Part shown: one piece after another, positions 49,308-56,609 of the stretch
How the letters are laid out: each line of letters begins with the position of its first letter
Position numbering within the stretch: the first letter of the stretch is position 1
NCBI GenBank assembly: GCA_002402635.1
Contig: DHGE01000021.1
Location: 1-56,609 of the forward strand
Direction: 5' to 3'
Length of the DNA: 56,609 nucleotides
DNA from: Deferribacterales bacterium UBA4806
GTDB taxonomy: Bacteria; Chrysiogenota; Deferribacteres; Deferribacterales; UBA228
The notes under the pieces: generated by a model
The model's input: the letters and a program-made list of their open reading frames with translations, nothing else
Databases searched by the model: none
Told to the model about the DNA's origin: nothing
Translations under genes and position numbers: made by a program

Positions 49308-50624
49308 ATGGAAAGAAGAAAAGGGCTCATTATTAAATCTATTGTTACAGTCGTGGTTCTAGCTATCATTATCTCATCAATTTCATTATCAACAAAATTA
49401 TATGCTGGAAAAGATTCTACATATCAGCATTTAGATAACTTAGCAAAAGCAATAGCTATTATAGAAGAAAATTATGTAACAGATGTTGATCTTCAAAAAC
49501 TAGTATATGGTGCAATTCAGGGCATGCTAACAGAATTAGACCCCCATTCATCTTTTTTATCACCAGAATTATATGAAGAATTTAAAGTAGAAACTGAAGG
49601 AGAATTTGGAGGGTTAGGAATAACAATAAGCATAAAAGACAATTTACTAACAATTATAGCTCCTCTTGAAGATACACCTGCAACAAAGGCAGGATTAAAA
49701 TCAGGCGATATTATTGTAAAAATCGATGATATTGCAACCAGTGGAATGACCTTAGAAGAGGCAGTTAAAAAAATGAGAGGAGAACCTAAAACTCAAGTAA
49801 AATTAACAATATTTCGTAATGGACAAGAAAAACCCTTTGATGTTGTTCTAACTAGGGAGATAATAAAAATTAAGTCAGTAAAAACAGAAATGTATAATGA
49901 TATTGCCTATATTAGGCTTATTCAATTCAAAAACAAATCTACAGAAGAATTGATAACAGCTATAAAAGATCTAAAAAAGAAACATAATATTACAGGTATT
50001 ATCCTTGATCTCAGAAATAACCCAGGAGGACTACTTTCAGAAGCTATTAGGACATCAAGCATTTTCTTAGAAAGAGGCAAAACAGTTGTTTTTACAAAAG
50101 ATAGAAACAATACTGAGCAACACTTTAAAACAGAAAATGTATATTATAAACTCTTAGATATTCCTATGGTCATTTTAGTAAATGGTGGAAGTGCCTCAGC
50201 ATCGGAAATAGTTGCTGGAGCTATGCAAGATTACAAAAGATCCCTAATTGTTGGCTCACAAACTTTTGGCAAAGCATCGGTGCAAACTGTAATCCCAATG
50301 CCAGATAAATCAGCAATCAAACTAACAACAGCATTATATTATACACCAAAGGGCCGATCAATTCAGGGTATTGGTATAAAGCCTGATGTGATGGTTCCCG
50401 AAGGAAAAATTGTTGTAGATGAATCAGGGCAAACCTTTAATGAAAGAACATTGGAAAAACATATTATTGGAGAAAACGAGAAAAGCCAACAACAAATTTT
50501 CTTAGATAATAAAACAAAAACATCATTATATAAAGATCTGCAACTTAATATTGCTATGGAAATATTGAAAGGACTAATAGCCTATGGCGGCTCGGCGAAA
50601 TCATCTAAAGAAAAAATACAATAA
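49308..50624 (+). CDS. ctpA: Carboxyl-terminal processing protease (S41A)
   Basis: LDPHS, PDZ (FGGLGI), DLRNNPGGLL, SASASEI, TFGKASVQ. Confidence 0.95.
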   Translation: MERRKGLIIKSIVTVVVLAIIISSISLSTKLYAGKDSTYQHLDNLAKAIAIIEENYVTDVDLQKLVYGAIQGMLTELDPHSSFLSPELYEEFKVETEGEFGGLGITISIKDNLLTIIAPLEDTPATKAGLKSGDIIVKIDDIATSGMTLEEAVKKMRGEPKTQVKLTIFRNGQEKPFDVVLTREIIKIKSVKTEMYNDIAYIRLIQFKNKSTEELITAIKDLKKKHNITGIILDLRNNPGGLLSEAIRTSSIFLERGKTVVFTKDRNNTEQHFKTENVYYKLLDIPMVILVNGGSASASEIVAGAMQDYKRSLIVGSQTFGKASVQTVIPMPDKSAIKLTTALYYTPKGRSIQGIGIKPDVMVPEGKIVVDESGQTFNERTLEKHIIGENEKSQQQIFLDNKTKTSLYKDLQLNIAMEILKGLIAYGGSAKSSKEKIQ

Positions 50625-51732
50625 AAGGCCAAAGCCAATTTTAAAGAAAATAGCAATATTTATTACAATGCTCTTTATAGTTGTTCTTCTTGGAGGCTCA
50701 TATTTTCTATATCACTCTATAAAGAGCGAAAACCAGCTTAAAACAAACAATGAGATTGATAAATTAAATCAGGATATAAGACTGACATTATTTAATCATA
50801 GTCAGGGATTGGATAGCCTTAGAGAATATAAGGTTTATAAAGATGGTGAATTTATTAAAGTTTATTATAGCTTAATAGCTGATGAGGAAATATATGATTT
50901 GCTAGATAGTGCTCTAAAATCAAATCTTAATAAATATGGTTTCAAAATTATTGAGGATGACACTATATTAGCTAGTAAAGGAAATATTCAGGTTGAAATA
51001 GAACTTTTTAAAAAAGGAATAAAAAAAACATTGCCTAAAAAAGAAAAAACTATAGTAAAAGAGAAAGAATACATTGCCAACATAGCAATAATTTTAGATG
51101 ATGGCGGTAACAACCTAGAGCTAATAAAACGAGTAGCAAACTTACCGTACCATCTGACAGTATCAATTCTACCTTTCACTCCCTATGATAAAAAATCTGC
51201 TGAACTACTAAGAAGTGCAAAAAAACATGTATTTTTACATCTTCCATTGCAACCACATGGATATCCAAGTACAGAGCCAGGTAAGGGTGCCATTTTGCTA
51301 AATACACCGTCAGATCTGATTGATATAATTATAAATAAGGATATTGAACGTATAGGAAATATTAATGGCATGAATAACCACATGGGCTCTAAATTTACAG
51401 AAAATAAAGATAAAACAACACTTGTTTTAAAAAGTATAAGACGATATACAAATATATTTGTTGACAGTAGAACCTCCAGTAAAAGTACTGCTTATGAAGT
51501 CTGTAAAAGTATAATGGAAAAATGTGGGTATAATGCTTTGTTTATTGATAATGATAATAATATAGATCTAATTCTGAATAAAATTAAAGAAGCAGTAAAT
51601 TTAGCAAAAACAAAAAAAAATATAATAATTATTGGTCATGTTAGACCTCTAACAATAGAAGCATTGGAAGAAGCTCTACCTATTTACGATAAAGAGGGAA
51701 TTAAATTTGTCTTTGTTGATGAGGTACTCTAG
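50584..51732 (+). CDS. Divergent polysaccharide deacetylase (YibQ family)
   Basis: IAIILDDGG, LHLPLQP, NNHMGS, FVDSRT, IGH; typical envC-ctpA-yibQ gene order. Confidence 0.9.
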   Translation: MAARRNHLKKKYNKRPKPILKKIAIFITMLFIVVLLGGSYFLYHSIKSENQLKTNNEIDKLNQDIRLTLFNHSQGLDSLREYKVYKDGEFIKVYYSLIADEEIYDLLDSALKSNLNKYGFKIIEDDTILASKGNIQVEIELFKKGIKKTLPKKEKTIVKEKEYIANIAIILDDGGNNLELIKRVANLPYHLTVSILPFTPYDKKSAELLRSAKKHVFLHLPLQPHGYPSTEPGKGAILLNTPSDLIDIIINKDIERIGNINGMNNHMGSKFTENKDKTTLVLKSIRRYTNIFVDSRTSSKSTAYEVCKSIMEKCGYNALFIDNDNNIDLILNKIKEAVNLAKTKKNIIIIGHVRPLTIEALEEALPIYDKEGIKFVFVDEVL

Positions 51733-51734
51733 GT

Positions 51735-52733
51735 TTGATTGTACTTGGCATAGAAACATCCTGTGATGAAACTTCATTAGCGATATATAGATCAGCACAA
51801 CAAAATAAGAAACCAAGCATTCTTGCATCTGTTGTTTCTTCTCAAATTAATATACACTCTCCTTTTGGAGGAGTTGTTCCAGAAATAGCTTCTAGAAATC
51901 ATATAATTAAATTAGAGCCTCTCTTAAAAGAACTTTTAGATAAAACCAAGTTGTCTCTAAAAGAAATTGATCTAATTGGAGTAACAAATAGGCCTGGTCT
52001 CATTGGTGCATTATTCACTGGATTGGCTTTTGCAAAAGCATTAGGATATGCTCTTAAAAAACCAGTGATCGGAATAAATCATTTACTAGGACATACTCTA
52101 TCGGCTGAATTAATATATGAGGAACTTTATCCACCATATTTTTCATTAATTATTTCAGGCGGGCATACACATTTGTTTTTTGTTGATAATTGTTATAACT
52201 TTTCATTAATTGCTAAAACAGTAGATGATGCATTAGGAGAGGCATTTGACAAGGTCTCTAAAATGTTAAACCTGGGTTATCCAGGGGGGCCACATATTGA
52301 AAAGTTAGCTTCGAATGGTAATAGTACAAGTATTCCCATGCCTATAGCAATGGAAAACAGCCAAAATCTTAGTTTCAGTGGTTTAAAAACATATATTAAA
52401 TTACTCGTCAACAAGAATTGCTATAAACCAGAAGATATTGCTGCATCTTTCCAATTTACGGTAGCTAAAACATTGTTTAAAAAAATTATTATCAACAGGA
52501 AAAAACATAATATAAAAAAACTTATAATTTCCGGAGGTGTGGCTGCAAATAATTACATAAAAAATTATTTAAGAGAACAACTCGAAAACATAGAGTTGTA
52601 TATTCCACCACCCAGATTGTGTACAGATAATGCTGAAATGATAGCTTATGCAGCTTTTAAACTTTTCGGCAAAAGAAATTTCATAGGTTTAGCTGAAAGC
52701 GCTTATGACAAACTGCCATCAATGTTCTACTAA
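51735..52733 (+). CDS. tsaD: tRNA threonylcarbamoyltransferase TsaD
   Basis: GIETSCDET, GGVVPEIASR, HLLGH, SGGHT, GEAFDK, CTDNA. Confidence 0.97.
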   Translation: MIVLGIETSCDETSLAIYRSAQQNKKPSILASVVSSQINIHSPFGGVVPEIASRNHIIKLEPLLKELLDKTKLSLKEIDLIGVTNRPGLIGALFTGLAFAKALGYALKKPVIGINHLLGHTLSAELIYEELYPPYFSLIISGGHTHLFFVDNCYNFSLIAKTVDDALGEAFDKVSKMLNLGYPGGPHIEKLASNGNSTSIPMPIAMENSQNLSFSGLKTYIKLLVNKNCYKPEDIAASFQFTVAKTLFKKIIINRKKHNIKKLIISGGVAANNYIKNYLREQLENIELYIPPPRLCTDNAEMIAYAAFKLFGKRNFIGLAESAYDKLPSMFY

Positions 52734-52777
52734 AAATTAACTGCAATTAAAATATTTTTAGTCATTACAATGTATTA

Positions 52778-52806
52778 TTGAAACTAATTGACATATCTGA
52801 TAAAAT
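52778..52806 (+). promoter_or_regulatory. Putative sigma70 promoter of fusA2
   Basis: TTGAAA-17 nt-TAAAAT with an extended TG. Confidence 0.4.
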
Positions 52807-52832
52807 TTTAACATTAATTAATGGAGGGTATT

Positions 52833-54905
52833 ATGGCTGTGGAAATTGAGTCAATAAGAAATGTAGCATTTATTTCACATGGAGGAGCAGGCAAAACCAG
52901 TCTTATTGAAGCTATTTTATTTAATGCAAATCTTACTAATAGATTAGGTTCTGTCGACAATGGAACATCAATTATGGATTTTGACCCAGTTGAAGTAGAG
53001 AGAAAGATATCTATTAATGCCAAAGTATGTTCATTAGAATGGAATAAAATTCTTCTTAATATATTGGATACCCCCGGGTATGGAAATTTTTTACATGAAA
53101 CTAAGGCTGCTCTATCTGTTGTAGGTAGTGCTATTTTAATTGCAAGTGCTATTAGTGGGATTAAAGCTGAAACTGAAAGAGTATGGGATTACTCAGAACA
53201 ATTTGATTTATCTAAAATAATATTTATTAATAAAATGGATAAAGAAAGAGCAGATTTTTTTAGAACAATCGGAGATATAGAAAAATCATTTGGTGTGAAA
53301 GTGGTCCCAATTATGCTTCCAATAGGGAAAGAAGAAAATTTTAAAGGTGTTATTGACTTAATAAAGAATGTTGCCCTTTTATATGAGAAAGAGGGTATAG
53401 CAGAATATAAAATAGTAGAAGTACCTGATGAATATAAAGAAATCACAGATAATTACAGAAATAAATTAGTAGAAACAATATGTGAAATAAATGATGATTT
53501 ATTAGAGAGATATCTTGAAGGAGAAGTAATAAGTGATGAAGAGATAATGAAAGGGGTAAGAGAAGGAACTATTACAAAAAGATTTATACCTGTTATGTGT
53601 GGTTCAGCAGTAAAAAATATTGGTGCAAAATTACTATTAGATGCCATTATTAACTATTTGCCCTCTCCCATTGAACGTGAATTTAAGAGGGCCAGAAAAA
53701 CTAATAATAATGAAGTTATTACAATTGATCCAAAAAATAGTAATTTCTCTGCTTTTGTCTTTAAAACGTTTATAGATCCTTTTGCTGGTAAATTAACACT
53801 CTTTAGAGTTTATTCAGGTGAATTAAAAAATGATATGGAAATATATAATGCAAATAAAAAGGAAATGGAAAAAATAAATCAAATTTTTTTATTACAGGGG
53901 AAAAACCATATCAAAACTGATTCAGTTTCAGCAGGACAAATTGCAATGGTAAATAAATTAAAATCTACAGAAACATTCGACACTCTTTGCAGCAAAGATA
54001 ATATAATTGTTTTTGATGAGGTTACTCTAGGGGAACCTGTTATTACCTTTTCACTTGAGCCAAAATCAAAAGAGGATGAAGAAAGAGTCAGTAATGCTTT
54101 ACATAGATTAACTGAAGAAGATAGAAGTATTAAGATCTCAAGAGACGAACAGTCAGGAGAACTGCTAATAAGTGGCATGGGACAAATGCATATTGAAACA
54201 ATTATTGATAAATTAAAGAAAAAATTCAATGTAGAAGTTAAGTTAAAAACTCCCAAGGTCCCTTACAAAGAAACGATTAAAAAATCAGCCAAAGGACAGG
54301 GCAAATATAAGAAACAATCAGGGGGGCGTGGTCAATACGGCGATGTTTGGATTGAATTGCAGCCTTTAGAAAGAGGTTCTGGTTTCGAGTTTGTTGATAA
54401 CATTGTTGGCGGTGCTATTCCAAAAAATTATATTCCTGCAGTTGAAAAGGGATTAGTAGAAGCTTCAAAAATGGGAGTGTTAGCAGGTTTCCCAATGGTT
54501 GATTTTAAGGCTATTCTTTATGATGGATCCTATCACACTGTAGATTCTTCGGATCTTGCATTTAAAATAGCTGCTTCAATGGCATTTAAAAGTGTTGCAG
54601 CACAAGCAAGCCCAGTAATATTAGAACCAGTTATGATTATGGATATTTTTGTCCCGGAAGATACTGTTGGGGCAGTAATAGGAGATTTAAATGCAAGGCG
54701 CGGTCGCATTGAAAATGTTGAACCACATAAAAATGGATCACATATAAGAGCAAAAGTCCCTATGGCTGAAATATTAAAATATGCACCTGACTTGAGAAGT
54801 ATGACAGGTGGTAGAGGATTTTTTACAATGGAATTTAGCCATTATGATGAAGTTCCTCCATCAATAGCTGAAAAAATAATAGAAGCTGCTAAAAAAGAAG
54901 AATAA
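52833..54905 (+). CDS. fusA: Elongation factor G paralogue (EF-G2 type)
   Basis: HGGAGKT, DTPG, NKMD, KQSGGRGQYG, GSYHTVDSS. Switch I reads ERKISI rather than ERGITI and the gene is outside the str operon. SD GGAGG favours ATG 52833. Confidence 0.92.
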   Translation: MAVEIESIRNVAFISHGGAGKTSLIEAILFNANLTNRLGSVDNGTSIMDFDPVEVERKISINAKVCSLEWNKILLNILDTPGYGNFLHETKAALSVVGSAILIASAISGIKAETERVWDYSEQFDLSKIIFINKMDKERADFFRTIGDIEKSFGVKVVPIMLPIGKEENFKGVIDLIKNVALLYEKEGIAEYKIVEVPDEYKEITDNYRNKLVETICEINDDLLERYLEGEVISDEEIMKGVREGTITKRFIPVMCGSAVKNIGAKLLLDAIINYLPSPIEREFKRARKTNNNEVITIDPKNSNFSAFVFKTFIDPFAGKLTLFRVYSGELKNDMEIYNANKKEMEKINQIFLLQGKNHIKTDSVSAGQIAMVNKLKSTETFDTLCSKDNIIVFDEVTLGEPVITFSLEPKSKEDEERVSNALHRLTEEDRSIKISRDEQSGELLISGMGQMHIETIIDKLKKKFNVEVKLKTPKVPYKETIKKSAKGQGKYKKQSGGRGQYGDVWIELQPLERGSGFEFVDNIVGGAIPKNYIPAVEKGLVEASKMGVLAGFPMVDFKAILYDGSYHTVDSSDLAFKIAASMAFKSVAAQASPVILEPVMIMDIFVPEDTVGAVIGDLNARRGRIENVEPHKNGSHIRAKVPMAEILKYAPDLRSMTGGRGFFTMEFSHYDEVPPSIAEKIIEAAKKEE

Positions 54906-54914
54906 CAAAAGATA

Positions 54915-55817
54915 ATGATCGAAATTGACCTGTTAAAATTTTTTGATAAAAGTTTTTCTGAAATAGATGAAATACTTCACCGCAAAAAAGATGTTAATGA
55001 GGCCATAGATGAAAAAGAAGAATTAACTTCAATAATAAAGCAAAAGAGAAAAAAATCATATATATTTATCTATTTGACGATTGCTGCATTAATTGTTGTT
55101 ATAGGATTTACAGGATTTAAATTTTATGAATTAATAAAATATAATCTTGTCACACTCCCATCAGAAGAATTAAAGAATAACAAAAATCAAATTTCCACAA
55201 GTAGTAAACCAACGGAGATAACTCCAGATGAGAATATTGTGTCAGATTACACAGTAAAGGGAGAAGATATTGTCATAGGTACAATCGAGTTTGTAGGGGA
55301 AAACTTACCAGCAATATCTCTTAATGATACTAACAACAATGTTAAAAAGCCAGAAAGTCCAAGAATAGCTAAAAATGATAACATTGATTTACAAAATAAA
55401 CAACTTCCAAAATCGACACAAATAGAAACTACCTATAGTGTTAAATTATATTACGTTGATCCTCAAATATTAGATAATATCAAAAGAAAAATACAATCCT
55501 ATCCAGGCAAAAAAATAAAAATCCTGGGAAAAAATAGTAAGACTAAAACAATATGGAATTTATATAAGCCTACAAAAGGTACAAATAAATTTATTGGTTC
55601 ACGTGAAGTCGCCTTTATAAAAAGTTTTAATAGCAAGGAGGAAGCAATAAGATTTGCAAAAACAAAAAACATTCCTGCAATTATTGTAAAAAAAAGTAGG
55701 AATATAATTTCCTATGATCTAATGATAAACAATTTTTCAGATAGAAAAGAAGCTTCTGAATTTATAAGCTCCTTTAATATAGGTAGAAAAAATATTAGAA
55801 TTCAAGAAAATATGTAA
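54915..55817 (+). CDS. Hypothetical bitopic membrane protein, possibly with a SPOR-like C-terminus
   Basis: One TM at about aa 49-70, low-complexity linker, segments SFNSKEEA and NFSDRKEA. Confidence 0.6.
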   Translation: MIEIDLLKFFDKSFSEIDEILHRKKDVNEAIDEKEELTSIIKQKRKKSYIFIYLTIAALIVVIGFTGFKFYELIKYNLVTLPSEELKNNKNQISTSSKPTEITPDENIVSDYTVKGEDIVIGTIEFVGENLPAISLNDTNNNVKKPESPRIAKNDNIDLQNKQLPKSTQIETTYSVKLYYVDPQILDNIKRKIQSYPGKKIKILGKNSKTKTIWNLYKPTKGTNKFIGSREVAFIKSFNSKEEAIRFAKTKNIPAIIVKKSRNIISYDLMINNFSDRKEASEFISSFNIGRKNIRIQENM

Positions 55818-55931
55818 TCGATATTGCTTTTAAAACTTGCTAATTATATATTTTAATATGATATTTACTAGGTTCCGTTTTATTAGTATAATAAATAATA
55901 ATATATTATAATTCTTTAATTTGAGGGATAT

Positions 55932-56216
55932 ATGACAAAAGCAGAAATAGTTGAAAACATTTATAATTCTCTAGGTTTAACTAAAAAAGACATTAATGTT
56001 GTTGTTGACACTATTTTTGAAACGATTAAAGAAAATCTACTTGAAAAGAATTCTATAAAACTTTCTGGCTTTGGTAGTTTTGAGGTAAAAAAAAGGGGCA
56101 GGCGCATTGGTAGAAACCCTAAAACTGGTGAAGAAAAGGTAATTGAGCCAAGAAATGTTGTAGTTTTCAAGCCAAGTAAGGTCTTTAAAAACGAGTTAAA
56201 TGGAAAAAAGCAATAA
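55932..56216 (+). CDS. ihfA: Integration host factor subunit alpha
   Basis: MTKAEIV, KLSGFGSF, R.GRNPKTGE, VVVFKPS; ihfA-merR-tRNA-Pro order. Confidence 0.9.
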   Translation: MTKAEIVENIYNSLGLTKKDINVVVDTIFETIKENLLEKNSIKLSGFGSFEVKKRGRRIGRNPKTGEEKVIEPRNVVVFKPSKVFKNELNGKKQ

Positions 56217-56526
56217 TAAGATCTATTACAAAATTGGAGAAGTTTGCGAAATAACTGAGTTGAAACCGTCTATATTAAGGTTCTGGGAAAAGCATTTCAA
56301 ACAATTGAAACCAATTAAGGTCGGCTCTAAACATAGATATTACACAGTTAAACATATTGATATTATCAAGAAAATAAAACATATGTTATATGAAGAAAAA
56401 CTTACTATAGAAGGAGCAAAAATAAAACTTAATGGTAACAATGATGACTTACACAGCAATAGCCTTCTAGATGAAGTTAAAAAAGAACTTCTTGAAATTT
56501 TGACACTTTTAAAACATAATAAATAG
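56200..56526 (+). CDS. MerR family transcriptional regulator
   Basis: YYKIGEV...LRFWE..F..LKP...RYY...LY....TIEGAK. Confidence 0.92.
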   Translation: MEKSNNKIYYKIGEVCEITELKPSILRFWEKHFKQLKPIKVGSKHRYYTVKHIDIIKKIKHMLYEEKLTIEGAKIKLNGNNDDLHSNSLLDEVKKELLEILTLLKHNK

Positions 56527-56533
56527 TGGTTTA

Positions 56534-56607
56534 CGGGGCGTAGCGCAGTTTGGTAGCGTACACGAATGGGGTTCGTGTGGTCGGAGGTTCAAATCCTCTC
56601 GCCCCGA
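56534..56607 (+). tRNA. tRNA-Pro(GGG)
   Basis: Acceptor stem CGGGGCG/CGCCCCG, D arm, anticodon stem CACGA/TCGTG with loop ATGGGGT, T loop TTCAAAT; CCA not encoded. Confidence 0.97.
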
Positions 56608-56609
56608 TT

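Noticed and set aside
1-56609. CRISPR array, transposase, integrase, prophage or defence genes
   Set aside because: No regularly spaced repeats or such proteins were seen, and almost all sequence is accounted for by other genes.

Overview
This is an AT-rich, gene-dense bacterial chromosomal segment from a diderm (BamD, TolC and periplasmic enzymes are present). Gene content and order suggest Deferribacterota or a similar anaerobe; that is inference only. Positions 1-9150 look accessory. They hold a TetR-TolC-EmrA-EmrB-EmrB-cytidylate-kinase-like efflux operon, a glutaminyl cyclase, a di-haem cytochrome c peroxidase, a GC-rich structured non-coding element and a frameshifted, truncated GH97-like remnant. 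From about 9370 onward the window is mostly housekeeping: ribF-rimO-bamD-serS, glmU-glmS, argC-argJ, proS, PMM/PGM, Lut-type lactate dehydrogenase, def, hemY, argS, ftsEX-envC-ctpA, tsaD, EF-G2, and ihfA-merR-tRNA-Pro. The most unusual items are: (1) a tandem, degenerate double-Hfq protein coupled to a stand-alone receiver domain; (2) an FtsN-like protein with four SPOR domains, each carrying a Cys-Cys pair, coupled to a lone PgaB-type glycoside hydrolase; (3) a glutaminyl cyclase flanked by two exported proteins whose predicted mature N-termini are Gln; (4) a RACo/ASKHA homologue that has lost its ATPase motifs; (5) an EmrB pair differing at the key TM1 acidic residue. I saw no CRISPR array, transposase, integrase or rRNA. 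All family calls come from motif recognition by eye; no searches were run.
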